A stretch of 64,000 nucleotides of DNA from Hydrolagus affinis (taxonomy: Eukaryota): assembly GCA_012026655.1 (NCBI GenBank), contig JAAILG010001064.1, forward strand, positions 1 to 64,000, read 5' to 3'. The notes below the pieces were generated by a model. The model had not been told where the DNA came from. It made no database searches and saw only the letters and a list, made by a program, of their open reading frames with translations. The position numbers were made by a program, and so were the translations under genes. Shown here piece by piece: positions 23,779 through 37,502 of the stretch (position 1 is the stretch's first letter; each line of letters starts with the position of its first letter).

Positions 23779-26700
23779 GTAAGTGAACTTAATGTACCCT
23801 ATGCAAGTTACTGTGTGTGTGTGTGTGTTTTGTGTTGAAAGGAGACTTCAAAAAGTAAATACGTTTTGAGTTCACAACATTGCAGAAGGAAGACGGATTG
23901 ATGGGTTACACAACTTTAGTTGGTTAGTAATTACACCATTCTATATCAAAATCCCAAGGTCTTGTAAGATTTCAGAAGTGCTCTTTCCTACTTTTTTGTT
24001 TCCCTTTTATCTTTTGGTGTTTACAGCAGAAATATTGTAGCCCCCTACCCCCCACTGCTCTCTCACACACACACACCTCCCAAATGAGAGAGTTTGACAA
24101 TTGCTTTAATAAGCATAATGAAGGCAAGTTGTACTGCATTGACAGGATATATTCCAAAAATTCTAGCCCAGCACTTCATAAGAAATTATCATTTGAGTGG
24201 AAGAACTTCCCACTGTAAACCTACTCTGGCATGCTACCCTGTGTGAAAAGAGCGCTACATAAATACAAGTTGTAAATGCCAAGCTGTGTCAGATGATTTC
24301 AATTAAGTCCCAGTTATCTTGAGTTAGCTGATCTCAGGTAAGTTTGGTCTGAGTGTCTATGAGTTAGGGATCCATGACCAATGCGGATCACTGATCACTT
24401 TGCTGGAAAGTGCATGTGAGGGGATATTGGATGAGGACAGCGTATCTTGTCTCAGCCAACATGGGAAGAAAAAGTGTCGACAACAACAACAACTTGCGCT
24501 TATATAGCGCACTCCATGCGGGGTAACGTCCTGGATCGCTTGATGTATCCGTGCAAGAATTGGTATTTTCAGTAAAAGATAACTGACAAAAAAAAATGGA
24601 CGAAAAAAGGTCATTAATCCCACTGTTTCCACAATCCACTTGAAACTTGTCCTATAATAGGTTTTGCTCTGCCCCCTCTTACCTCCGGTGAGAAACCTCC
24701 ACAAAGAACCTTCCTAAACGCCATATCTGCCATGAGCCAATGTTTAAGAGAAGATTAATATTTGAAGTGAACTACAGAATGTTAGCTTTGGTTAAATATT
24801 TTCAAAGTGAATACACAGTGCAAGGTCAAAATCGCTGAAAAAAAAACGTATGTCTGCAATTCATATGTAGGCAATCTGTAATCTTTGCATCGCATTTAAA
24901 ATCTCTTTCTGCTCCCCCCCCCCTTTTCACTATTATGGAAAATTAGCAGTGCTCACATGAGTATGAGCAAATAATATATAATAAAAATGATGATATAATG
25001 AAGGCAAGGTGCAAAATAATCACTTTCAAACACTTTCTAAAACATGATGTACTTTTGTTTTCTCTCTAGCCTAACCACAGATTAGGTGTTGCCATCGGAG
25101 ACCAGATTTTAGATCTCAGTGTTATTAAGCATTTCTTTTCTGGACCAGTTCTTTCCAAGCACCAAGATGTATTTGATCAGGTAATAACTTAAATAATCCA
25201 TTGCACACTGAACAGTTTGGCTAATCTTGTAAGATGCATTCAATGCAACTCATACAAAACAGCAAAGTATTTTTATAAAATTTATACAGTTTAATTTTAT
25301 TTTAAAGTTGACAACATTAAGCATAAAATACCATGGTTTATGCAGCAATCACTTGTATATGGTATACAAGCCATTGAAAACCATTCTTTTTACTGGTGGA
25401 AGAATACATCTTAGCACAGAACTGTATATAGATTCCAACGGATAGGGCAGCATTATTTTAACCATATTGGAATTAGTTGACCTTTAATAACTCTTTCATT
25501 TGTAAATTCAGTTGAAATTGATTTCTTGGATTATTTTCATTTTAAACATCTGTATTGGGTCCCTCGCTTAGCCAACTCTCAATTCCTTCATGGCTCTGGG
25601 CTACGAGGCTTGGAAAGAAGCTCGAGCTGTTCTGCAGCGACTCCTGTCAGCCAGCGACCCCACACTGCGAGATAATGTGGAACTGAGGAAAAGGTAAAGG
25701 CGCGGGATATTAAGGAGAACATCTTCTAGACTATTTATATTCTACATACAAGTATTTCTATATGCATTTGGAAGCAGAAAATTAGGGAAGCATTTTTTTT
25801 CCATGCAAACCATCATGGAAATCTGGAACTCACTCCTTCAAAAGGCTATGGATGCTGGATCCATTCAAATTTTCAAGGCTGAGGTTGATAGATTTTTGTC
25901 AAGGATAATTGGAGTTGAGGTACAGATCAGCCATGAACTAATAGATTTGCAGATCAAGCTCGAAGAGCTAAATTGCCTACTTTGGTTCTTATTTTTCTAT
26001 AAGTATGTAATGCATTACATTTTTTTTAAGTTAAAAGATTTCATCTACCTATGAGTTGGTTAGCCACCAAAAGCAGTAAAAGAGGGAGAATGCAAGTGTT
26101 TTGAGCTGAGGTAAACATTATATATCCATACTCCAACCTTGCAATTGGCAAGATAATGACAGTCCTGATTGGAAAGCCAGTCATCGTGTGATGAAATGAA
26201 ACATTTAATTTCTAAATATTGTTTTTAATTTGAATATAGGGCATCATTTCTCTAATTGAAGTGGGATTATGACTCCCATTTCAATTAGAATCAAGGCCAA
26301 CAGTACAGTAATTTTATAAATAACTATTCATTTCTAATTTCCAGATCTTTTGTGCTGCAATCTTCTGCTACGATGCATCTTCCTGCAGAAATTGGTACGT
26401 TGGATAAGTAACTAAAATACATTTGACCACATTTATGTAATTTAAAAACTCTGTACCCTCCACTCTACCCATTTGCCTTCAAATTTGAAGACTGAAGAGA
26501 AGCCGGAAGCCCTCCATTCTGTTTGTGCTCCGTGTTTCACCAACATGCATGTACCTGTAGTTTCCTTCAGGATAAAAGAAAACGCTTATTTAGCGAGATT
26601 CACGAAGCTGGCTCCTCCCACCCACTGTGTCGTTCTGATAAGTTTGAATTTATAGTTAGACAGTTCTGGAGTTTCTCATTGGAAAGGTTATTGACACTTT

Positions 26701-29700
26701 GGTACATGAATTTGTTCAAACAATCCAGGGCAAGGTACAGTTCTTTGACCTAGAGTACATGCTCCCCAGTGCAGCCTATTTTAACAGTTGAACCTTGTAC
26801 AAATTGCCTTCCAAAACAGTGCACATAATTGATTTGAACAGTTCATTACTGTTTCATGTTTATTAGCTCAGTCACCCCATTTGTCAGCAGAAATGACTAT
26901 TTAAACAAGTATTGTTCAGAATTGGACACAGTAAAGAAACCCCCAAATATTATTTTTTCCCCCAATTTACTCTCCCCAAAAACACTGACTCTTGCTGGGA
27001 TTTAGGGACATGGGTGCTAGATTGTTAAAATTATCAGGAAATTGGTTATTCAGTTATTCGCATTATTATTTCTGCTATTTGGTTTGTTTATCTTCTTATT
27101 GGATAGTAGATTTGAGCTGTCTTACAGATATTCTGCAAAATGTTCTTCTATTTTTTCTTGAATTAAATGCACAATGAAAATGCTGCAGTAATTTGAATAA
27201 CACACATGAGGGCAACAGAGAGTCAATAAACAGCATTAACTCAACTACATGATATTGTAAATCATAATCCTAGTTTGATAGTCTAATATTTTATTTAAAA
27301 TTTAAAAAAATCAATACAATCTGTCTTTGATGTAGCAATTTGCAAAGAATTAGCTTTCAAAGGAAATAATAGCAATGCAATTAAAGCGCCTGTATACAGT
27401 ATCATTGTAAACTAATCATTGAAAATAATAGTCTTTGATAGACTCAAATGTTGAAGTCTTATTTAGATGAGAAATGGTTGCAATTTTCTAAATGATGAGT
27501 TATTGTGCTCATTTTATCCAGAATGTCATTTTTCACTTAACCATTCACTTGTTTTTTTTATCCAAAGGGGATTACACTGATTTCTATTCTTCGCGTGACC
27601 ATGCTACCAATGTTGGAATCATGTTTCGAGGGAAGGAAAATTCTCTCATGCCCAACTGGTTCGTGCTAACCTTATTACCTTTGTTTAGATACAATAGACA
27701 CAAAGAGTTTCAATACCTGTTATCAATTCCGATTTCTGATTGACTTGGAATATAGATTTTTTTTTTAAAAAAGCTCTGAGAAAGATTTATCTAACTATTC
27801 GGAGTGGTTTGTATTCGTAAATGAAGGAGACTCCTCTGCCAGAATAACAAGTGAATTGGAACCCCCTAGAAACATTTTCTCATGACTCAAGCAGAAGAAC
27901 CAATGTGCTTCAGTCTCTGTTTATAGTTAGAATCTGCTTGGGAGACAATATACAAAGTGCTATATTTTTGATATTTCATAAATCCACAATAACTTTTTTG
28001 CAATGTGTACAGTTCAGAAATAAATGTCTACAACCTCTTCACCTCAGAAATTCTGAAGTCTGTTTTAAAAAACACAGGGAACTTTTAAGTACACAAAAGT
28101 AAATTCAGAAATAAGGAAGTGCTGAAACCATTACCCTTGTAATTCGCATTTTCTAGTGTTGGTTACATACACCTCTGATGTCCGAAGGAACTGAGTGGGT
28201 TGGTGGGGAAACAAGGATTCTTGTTAATGTGATTTACTGTGATATACTGTGTCCGAACATGAAATACGTTGTACTGCTGTATGGAAGCCTGTATAAACTG
28301 TAGGTGTGTGTGATGTAAGAATGAGGTAGGGCATTTTACTTTGGGTGTACACATCTGAATTTCAGTTTAATTGTCCCATTACTTTATTAGAACATTAAAC
28401 TTGTTATTTAAATACACTGTACCAGTGTATTTTTGTTTCTCAGTGTTTGAGCAATGCAAAGTTTAAATTGTGGCGTGTGACCTATTTTGCAGGTTACATT
28501 TACCTGTTGGTTACCATGGACGAGCATCATCTATTGTGGTCTCCGGCACCTCTATCAGAAGACCAAGCGGACAGATGAGACCAGATGAGAGTGGGTATAA
28601 TGTGATTCCGCAAACTTAATTATTCTCCTTTCGTAATTTGAGAAACTGCTCCTTTTGGGCAAGACTGACTGGAAAAGTGTTTTTATCAGTTCAAAGCCAC
28701 CTTAATGCTAGATAGAGAAAGATGGTCAAGGCCAGGCACTTGATGCTATGATGGGAAGATATTCGGCTGGGTACTATAGAAGGATGAGTTCAAATGGGTC
28801 AAAGGGCCTTCTTCATCCAAACCAATCTTTATAGCTAATACTGCTCAGATTATTTGCCCTTGGTCCTCTCTAATGGTCCTCGACTGAATTTAAGTGCAGT
28901 TCACAGAGGTGAAAGACAGATAAAATATGTAAGTATATAATGTTTGAAACTGTTTTGCAGTTGTTGTAGTGTCTTTTTTTTAAATGAATCTTATGTTTTA
29001 CAGCAAAACCACCTGTGTTTGGAACCTGCAAACTCCTGGACTTTGAGTTGGAAATGGTAAGTTGTAGAAATGCATCACAGCCTGTAACATTGCTGCTGAG
29101 AGTTGCATTAAGAACAAAATAAAGTCACGAGGTACACACTGGAAATGTTTTTTATATTACTGAATTATGGCAGGAGTTATGCATGTTATATGTACGATCA
29201 TAGATTATTCTGAGAGTATCTCAGTGAAAAGGTATTATTGCATGTTTGAAGCTAAATACTGTAAATATATTCATAGACTCGTGCTTACTTTCTACATTCA
29301 CAGTGAGCTGGCTGGGAAGCCACATGACTGCCCCTCTCGGAATCAGAGCGTCAGGACAATCTGCTTACTGTGATAATATTTCTAGCTTCACAGAAACAGA
29401 AAATCTCCTGAGTTAATGCCTGGCTGGATTTCCAATTTGTTTCTGACGGGCAAAGAAGTCCTTCTAGTGTCATGTTCTGAATGGATAGACTTCATTAAAC
29501 CATGTAATTTGAACTAGGCCTCATGATTTAGATCCTATTTCATGTTCTTTGGAGTGGTGCAATTTACTGGTGCTCACACTTGTGCCTGAAAGTTTTTTTT
29601 AACATTGAACCAGTAGCACAACTTGCCAATTCCATTAAAAATCGGAAGTAATAATAGCAGTACATAATTCCCTTGAAGAATGTTTTATTTATTTGGATGT

Positions 29701-32700
29701 AATTTAATTGTTAAAACAACTGATAATAATAGGGATCAGATCAGAGTTCAAATTTATGCTCCAATGATTGGCACACCCATTATAAGGATATAAAAATAAT
29801 AATCCTTACAATTGGTAACTCTCCTTTCACATCAAAATGTTTCACAAAACATACCGGAAAGTGCAATGTCTGTGTAATTTGCAGACAGCACACACTACAA
29901 AAAATGCTGCATTGGTAACAAACTTGATTCTTTTAAAAGAAAACTTTTACTCTTTTTACGTCTAAATAATGCTGTTAAAATTATTACTTAGTACTGCCAA
30001 TGTTATTCACTTAGTTTCAGGAAATCTCCAAGGTAATGTACACTGTTGGTTAGTACAGTATGTTGTTCTGTATACTAAATTCATGACACTTGAGGCAGCA
30101 GAGTGTGTGTTAATCCAATTGTTTTCTACATCTCTTCCTACTCTAGGCTTTCTTCATAGGTTCTGGCACCAAGTTAGGAGAGCCCATTGCAGTGTCTAGA
30201 GCCCATGAACATATCTTTGGCATGGTGCTCATGAATGACTGGAGTGGTAAGAAATTGTGTGTCAAAAGAAAATTTATGTAACACTAGTCCTACTTGTTAC
30301 TTGATAGTCAGCCAACAAAACATTCAGCGGCATATTGTGTTCCTCATTGTTGCATTATATATTTTAAGGGAATTCTGTACTCTGTCTTCAAACTGGGTTG
30401 AGGAGTTCTTTGAAAAATATATCTTAGTATTGTATATATTCTATACTGTATATATAATATGCTATACCAGTGGAAGTCCCCTCCAAAAAGCACATTAATT
30501 TGTCGAAAACTGTTACTCCACCATTTTTTTGTTACGAGATTATTATCTTAGGTGCATGCCTGACCTCAGGAAACCTGGCCACTCTCAAGCTTTGCAGGGA
30601 GAGGAAGGGGGGGTAATGTACACTGGGTGAAAAGCAACTTTAAAACTCGATTTACATCGATCAAAGCTGCAGATACAGGAACCCCGAGAACAGATCTATT
30701 TTACAGGAATGTGCAAATTGCCAGAATTGTGTATCAAAATATAAATATGAATGGATACCAGAGTATTTTGGTTGCTGGATTACGAGATTCTTCTGGTCTT
30801 TTGCAGCACGAGATATTCAGAAATGGGAGTATGTTCCTTTGGGACCCTTTCTTGGGAAGAGCTTTGGGACCACAATCTCACCGTGGGTTGTACCAATGGA
30901 AGCTCTAATGCCATTTGTGGTGCCCAACACTGTGCAGGTAAATTGGAAGGTGGCAGGCTGCGTAAACATTGTTACAAACACGTGGTATATAACAACTACA
31001 ACAATTTGCATTTATATAGATAGCGCCCTTCACGCCAAGTAGCATCCTGGAGCGCTTTACAGTGCTTATAAAGCAGAAGTAGCTTATTGCATTTGCAGAA
31101 TCATGCGCTAACATTTGGATAACATTTGAATAAGAAGATTGACAGTTTCTTTCATTGCCGTACTATGAGCAGAAAGTTATTTTTACCAGAGCCAATGGAG
31201 TACCCCAATCACTGGCCTGCACAGGACTTCTCCATGGAGCACGAAAGATCTGAGAGAGAGAAGGAAGTTGCGATTTGTCACTTTCAAACAACTCCCATTG
31301 TACAGTTGTTTCTCTTTTGCAACAGTAATAATAAGCCCTTGTTTATAGTACTTTGTAAAGTACAGTAAAATGCTAAATTCTGGAAAATATACTTGGCAAA
31401 ACCTACAAATAAACATCTTAATAATAATAATAATCCTTGCATTTGATACAGCACCTTATCATGTTATTGAGACATCCATTGCAAAGTGTTTCACAGATTA
31501 TACTGCAAAGTTGGTTGACTATTTTGTGGGTGGAAAAAATCCAGTACATTGCTCGTCTATTAACTGAGATAGAGGTTTCCATGGTAGATGATATAAATGT
31601 AATAGGATTATTTATTGATTAATTTTATTATTATTGCTGTTTCACAAGTGTTCATTGCTTACAGAAGGATTACATGCTTTCCATAATTTATCTTTTATTT
31701 TGCAGGATCCAAAACCTCTGCCGTATTTGTGCCACAATGACCCTTACATCTTTGACATCAACCTTTGTGTGTCCATCAAAGGTACGTCGTAAATTCTACT
31801 CGACATCATTCACACTGAATCTGTGTTATATTTTTAATGGATAAACCTTTATAAACCTGTGCATTCAAACTGCTTTCATTGCAAAACTGAGGTGAAGGGG
31901 CAAGGTCCACAAGTGCCTTGAATGTGACACGTGGTAGGAGAAAGGAAAATATAAATTAATAAGGAATGAATTAGGAAAAGCGATGAATAGTCTGTTCTAT
32001 AACAGCAGCAACAAAATTACATTTGTATAGCACCTTTCACATCAGGAGGATGTCCCAAGGCGCTGGACAGTTACGCTTCAGACCTGAGCTGAGGATGGTG
32101 GTGGGGGGGGGGGGGGGGGGGGGGATAAGGAGTTGCCGATGGGTCCATCACCAGAATTTGAGTTTAAACTACTGTAATGTATAGAAAGCGGGGAAGGAAG
32201 TCCACTCTTGAATTAGTGGGAAAAACAATCAAGTAGGAAAGTAGGATATGTGTTCAAGTACGAGATGTGTGGGACTTAGGGTTTGGATGTAGGAGGGAGA
32301 AAGCAGTATATTTTGACCTGGGGAGGAATATTTATAATTTAATGTATTAATCGTAACACAAATAAAAAGTGACGATCCATTCTGCCGAACGACCTGCATT
32401 CTAATCTCTAATCTAATTCAATTAAAGCTAATTAAACCTCATCTAATCTTGTGAAATCAGAGACGAGAAGTTTCACATTGTTGTTTCACACCGGATCCTG
32501 CAGTTTACGTTACAATGGAAAGGAAAGAACTTTCATTGTCATTCAAAGCTTAACATTTACACTCGATTGGAAATGTGCAGCTCTTGCATTTTGAATCTCA
32601 TTACATTTAGCAGTTAGCAAAATAAAAGTTTTAATTTCTAGCCTATGATTACTAACTATTTATAGTAAGAAATATATTGGATGAAAATGTGTTCTCTCTT

Positions 32701-35700
32701 TTATCAGCTTTACATAAAGAAGCCTTTAGGATAGTAATTTAAATGTTATGCAATATGAATACAAATAAGAAATATTTCTACTCGTTGTGCCTTACACGCG
32801 AGAAACCTGAATTCGATTTCAGACAGGATGAAACCTTGAGTAAAGTTTCCTTACTCCACATGCCTGATAATAATCTTTCAAGGAAAAAAAATCATAAATA
32901 TTGGTCATTTCAATCCATGATTGTTTGTGGGCCGCAGCTGTGCGTAATTCCCTGCCACGTCTCGCCCACAAATATACAGTCGATTCACTTTGCAGCATAC
33001 TGTATTAGGTGAAGTGCTTTGAGACGCCTAGAAGGCGTGAAATGTTCTATATCAAATGCACGGATTATTATTATGCCTGTTGTTCCAATACAATCCTTTG
33101 CTATGATTTTCTAAGTGCTGCTATAATTGAGAGGGTTAAGACACTGAAGTCCTTCAAAGTGGCTCCAAGGATGTTCCTTTTCTTGTTTTGTGACAGGTGA
33201 AGGGATGGCTGAAATGACCAACGTTTGTAAGTCTAACTTCAAGGTAAGATTTTCAGGGTCCGCAACTATTAATTGTTGTTCACTCTGATGATTTTCTCAA
33301 GCCGGTGGATTAAGCATTTTGAATGATATTCTGGTTAACAGGAACGGGATATGAAATCTATACAGTTTGTCGTGCGGTGGGACTAAGGCCAAAGCAAAAT
33401 CACAGCATATGAAAACATCACCAGTAATAATATCACTTGCTGTATCCCCTCTGCTCTAACAGACACATACTCATGAAACAATTTTTCACCCTGAGGAAAA
33501 AGGCTCACACAGATTAAACTTGGTTACAGCTGTCAGGTTTAGTTGACATAAAACCCTTGCAGGCAAAATGAAAAGAGACTTTTAATAATCTTTGGGTTGG
33601 ATTCAAATTCACGGCCCAGAGTTGAAGGCCAATGCAATACATCGTGAGTATCACCCAGTTCCAACAAAGATGATCAAACCCAACAGCTTTTTCTGGCTTA
33701 ATTAAACATTTTCTTCACTCTGGAATCAGACTGTCCGGCTATCCATAAACTTGGTGCAACTCTTTAACTCTACACTTTCTGCCCATGTGTTTTTATGGTG
33801 CATTGCAAAATTAATGTATTCAGTTTGTCCTTGGTATTTTGTTAAAATATTCAAATTCATATGTTGCTTTGTCCAGAATCCAGAATGGTTGCATGAGCTC
33901 TGTACTTTATAAACATATGACAGACCCTTTAACCACCTGCTGAGTTGATGTGTTTCCATTTAAACTGCAACACGAGTCCTCAGTGGGAGATTCACTACTC
34001 CATTCCCAGAACAGTAATACGTTTTCTAGTTTATTTTACACACATTGACTGCACTTGTATTTTACCTTTTATTACACAGTGCATATGTTACGGTGTTCAT
34101 GATCATATTCTATTACTGTTCTAGGAAGTCATTTGATAAGCATGTTTTCACACTGCAAGTTAACAATTAATGGAGATTCTAGATGCCCTCATTCCCCACC
34201 TCCCATCTCTGCACGATTGGATTTTACAAATGCATTTCATGAAATGTATGTTTTTTGATACATGGTGATGATGGTGACAGATTCCATTAATATTCAAATT
34301 GGCTTTAAGTAAGACTGCAGTACACTGTGCCTGTTTGTGATAGTGTTTTCTCTTTAGCACATGTACTGGACCATGAAACAGCAACTCTCTCATCATACTG
34401 TTAATGGGTGTAATGTACGACCAGCAGACCTGATGGCATCTGGAACTATCAGTGGTCCCGTGAGTCTCGATTGCTTTCCACCTTGCTGTCAGTGAAATGT
34501 GATGGATAATTGCAGTATGAACTCTGGAAGCAAGACCTAATGATTGTTGGACTCATTAAGATTGAGTTTCAATGTATCTTTAATATCATTGTGTGTGTCT
34601 TGTGATGAGAGTACTGGAAAACAGGAAGAATATGTTGAAATATAAATAACTGCAGAATCTTGAGACTGCTGGTGTGTTGCGTTGACAGCATGTTCATACT
34701 GTGGTGCAGAATTCACAACAGTCCCACATGTGCAGTAGTTTCTAGGTTATAAATTCCGACTATTTTCTAACTGTGAATGTTCAGCACATGAGCACGGTTT
34801 AATCTAGGTCAGCAATGTGAAGACCACAATCAGTAAAACACAATGGGCAAGAAAGGTTTAGTCCCTGCAGAGATGAAAGGATAATGGGGTGTGTATTTTA
34901 GAAAGATGAGATCAACTGGGCTGAAGGGACTTGTTTATCCAAACCTCTCTTGTGCTATTTTGGGGTTACCATCGGAGGATGAATCCACCATTAAACTGTG
35001 TTAGTTACAGATGTTCCTGAAATTGGTGGTCCTGTGAAAGCAATCATGTACATGTTCCAGCAAATGCTGCAACTCAGCATTTCTTTTCCTGAGTGAGCAA
35101 TATGTTTTCAAATGGTTTTCTGAAAATGATTGCTTGTGAAAGTGATTATGCACAGATACCATATTAGATCTTCAATGTTGATGTTCTTTGATTAGTGGCC
35201 ACCGCTGACTTTGATGCAGTGCTTTCTGTCAGACTTTGAAATTGATGGCTTTGTGTAATGTGACTGCTTGTTACAGACACCAGACAGCTTTGGCTCTATG
35301 TTGGAGTTGTCATGGAAAGGAACAAAGTCGGTTGACCTTGGCAATGGACAAACTCGCAAGTTCCTTCAGGATGGTGATGAAGTCATAATAACTGGTCAGT
35401 GAATCTTTAGCAGGTTTGGTCTTGTCAATTTAACTAACAAATGAACTGAAACCTGCATTTCTGACTCCTCAAACTACTGTACTAGGAAAGAAAACTTCAC
35501 GCATTTAATATTGTGCAGACTAAACAATGGAACCTCATTTTGTCCCATGAGCCAGCTCTCAAAGGATATTGGAGATGAAAGCTGTTTTTCCTGTGCGCAA
35601 AATTAATACATTATTACTGTGAGGATTTTTTTTGAATTGCCCTTTAACTCAGTGTTCAGGAGAGAGAAGATTAGATGCCCACAGAATTCAGAAGCTGACT

Positions 35701-37393
35701 GGACGTTTTGTCTTGGGAACAAATAAATTAAAACCAATTTTTGTTGTCCTTCCCACTTGACTATATGCATGTTTTTTTCCATGTTGTCAGTTAGTGCCAC
35801 AGCCCTGGCTTTCTGTCTGGAGGCAAATGTCACTTCCCAACAACTGGACTGTGGCGGGTGAAAAATACCAGGCCCTGATTATGGGAAAACTTTACATTGA
35901 CGTAAAACCATGTTTACTGTGAGCAATAACTGGCCCCAAGATCAGTTGTATTTCCAAGGATTTTTCTTAACATTTTGCACAGTTGTATTTTTAGTACGGA
36001 AGCTACGGTACTTGTACTGTATTTCTTCCTGAAATTTCTTCCTGGATCAATATCAGGACGCTTCTATTCATTTGTATGCAAGTCATTTACCTTCACAACC
36101 AGCTTGTGCCCAAGTAAATAATTTATCCTCTGTGTGTCTGCTCAGGTTCCCATGCTGAGTCGCTGCCAATGCCACTGGGTGTAATAGGCAGCATAAAGTA
36201 TTGAGGGAAGCAGCTGTCTCCATCATACAGAGCAGAAGTTTTAAAAATATATATTAATTCTGCCTTTCAGTAGAGCTATTAGGGCCTTTTACCCAGAGAA
36301 AGACTGAAGAAGTGCATTGTGTCCATCTGGCTCTTTGAAAGATATACGATTAGATTTATCCTCTTTCAATACAGAATAAAATATGAAGCAATAATTAATC
36401 TCACATTAAACTGATAGCTACAGCTTGTCATCCAAAAGCAAAAGAGTAAGAGAGGATGAGCTGGATATTATGAGGAGCAGAGAGAGAGATAGGATAGGGG
36501 TGGACCTGATGGGTTGAATGGCCTTCTTGTCTGCAAATTTCTGTGAATATGTTGCTGACCCTTATACACATGCACACACTTTTGTCACCTCTAGGCTTGA
36601 CTATAGCAACTCCATCCTTGTCAGCCTCTCCTATTCTTCCCTCCACAAGATGCAGATTATCCCAAACTCTGCAGCTCATACCCTCTCCCACACCCAGCTC
36701 CGCAACCCAATCACCCCACCCTTGCCCAGCTCCCCATTCCCCAGAGAATCGAATTACAGGTCCTTGTCCTCACTTTCAAGGCCTTCCATGGCCTTGCCCA
36801 CTCTTGTGCTCTGACCTGCTAATCCCCTATCAACCTGTCTCCCACCCGATTCACCTTACCATCGGTGGCCGGGCCTTCAGTCTCTCTGCCCCCACACTTT
36901 GGAACTCCAACCCACAGTCCTTTTGCCTTGCTCCCTCCCTTGCCTCCTTCAAGACAGGTCTCAAGACCTTCCTCTTCGACCGTGCCTTCAGTCGCCCTCG
37001 TACCTCTCCGCCCTCCCTCTACCTAACCCTGTCCCCCCAGCTCCCCTACACACTTTGCTCGGGTTCTGTCCCTTGACTGTAGAGCGCCTTGGGCAGTCCT
37101 CCTGATGTGAAAGGCTCTCTATAAATGTTGTTGAACAGAGCAATGACACAGTATAGGGGAAGGATTGCAGTTCTCCCAAGCACCTTCAGCTAAACTTGAT
37201 ATGGCAAGTTTGGCTTGCATCGTATCTGTTTTGACCATAAATAACAATTTGGAATATAAAATTATATTTAACTCAGTGTGTTTATTTGCTAATTTTGCCC
37301 TCTTTTGAATCCCCAGGCTATTGCCAAGGTACTGGATATCGAATAGGATTTGGACAATGTACTGGAAAAGTACTTCCAGCTATTCAGATGTAA
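23698..37393 (+). CDS. FAH: Fumarylacetoacetase (fumarylacetoacetate hydrolase), spliced CDS, 418 aa
   Basis: join(23698-23778,25070-25180,25572-25693,26345-26394,27568-27658,28493-28590,29004-29056,30147-30246,30807-30937,31706-31781,33197-33243,34358-34459,35277-35394,37317-37393) = 1257 nt, open and all GT-AG. Motifs include [60 protein letters not shown] and SGTISG. D126, H133, E199, E201 and D233 are present. Confidence 0.97.
25070..25180 (+). CDS. FAH: FAH exon 2
   Basis: [37 protein letters not shown]; 111 nt. Confidence 0.95.
25572..25693 (+). CDS. FAH: FAH exon 3
   Basis: [26 protein letters not shown]...; 122 nt. Confidence 0.95.
25790..25995 (+). mobile_element. CR1-type LINE 3' fragment
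   Basis: Translates as [26 protein letters not shown], the WN.LP..V.A.S...FK..LD C-terminus of CR1/L2 ORF2. Confidence 0.7.
26345..26394 (+). CDS. FAH: FAH exon 4
   Basis: [16 protein letters not shown]; 50 nt. Confidence 0.93.
27568..27658 (+). CDS. FAH: FAH exon 5
   Basis: [31 protein letters not shown]; 91 nt; weak GTTCGT donor. Confidence 0.95.
28493..28590 (+). CDS. FAH: FAH exon 6
   Basis: [32 protein letters not shown]; 98 nt. Confidence 0.95.
29004..29056 (+). CDS. FAH: FAH exon 7
   Basis: [17 protein letters not shown]; 53 nt. Confidence 0.95.
30147..30246 (+). CDS. FAH: FAH exon 8
   Basis: [33 protein letters not shown]; 100 nt. Confidence 0.95.
30807..30937 (+). CDS. FAH: FAH exon 9
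   Basis: [44 protein letters not shown]; 131 nt. Confidence 0.96.
31420..31540 (-). mobile_element. SINE tail fragment
   Basis: (AAT)n CCTTGCATTTGATACAGCACC...TTTCACAGATTATACTGCAAAG. Confidence 0.75.
31706..31781 (+). CDS. FAH: FAH exon 10
   Basis: [25 protein letters not shown]; 76 nt. Confidence 0.95.
32003..32124 (-). repeat. L2 tail fragment followed by G22 homopolymer
   Basis: CAACAAAATTACATTTGTATAGCACCTTTCACATCAGGAGGATGTCCCAAGGCGCTGGACAG is near-identical to 62232-62296. Poly-G runs 32103-32124. Confidence 0.75.
32785..33073 (+). mobile_element. tRNA-Deu-L2 SINE
   Basis: Degenerate B box, then AAGTTTCCTTACTCCACATGCCTGATAAT, the Deu core, and tail CTATATCAAATGCACGG(ATT)n. Confidence 0.85.
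33197..33243 (+). CDS. FAH: FAH exon 11
   Basis: [16 protein letters not shown]; 47 nt. Confidence 0.93.
34358..34459 (+). CDS. FAH: FAH exon 12
   Basis: [34 protein letters not shown]; 102 nt. Confidence 0.95.
35277..35394 (+). CDS. FAH: FAH exon 13
   Basis: [39 protein letters not shown]; 118 nt. Confidence 0.95.
36560..37135 (+). mobile_element. L2 LINE 3' fragment (ORF2 C-terminus and tail)
   Basis: Contains [15 protein letters not shown]...NSAAH..S and [15 protein letters not shown]...[10 protein letters not shown] across frameshifts. Tail is AGCGCCTTGGGCAGTCCTCCTGATGTGAAAGGC...TATAAATGTTGTTG. Confidence 0.9.
37317..37393 (+). CDS. FAH: FAH exon 14 (coding part)
   Basis: [25 protein letters not shown]; CCCCAG acceptor. 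Confidence 0.95.
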
Positions 37394-37502
37394 TGCACTG
37401 GGCATTTTCTGAACAGCACCAAATGAGGAACGCTGCCTATTCTCCAATAATGCTGCAAACATGATGTTCCCTCAATTTAAGAATCTATCTCAGTCGTTAA
37501 AG

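Noticed and set aside
36428-37179. 177-aa and overlapping ORFs inside FAH intron 13
   Set aside because: They are frameshifted L2 ORF2 remnants, not a nested gene.
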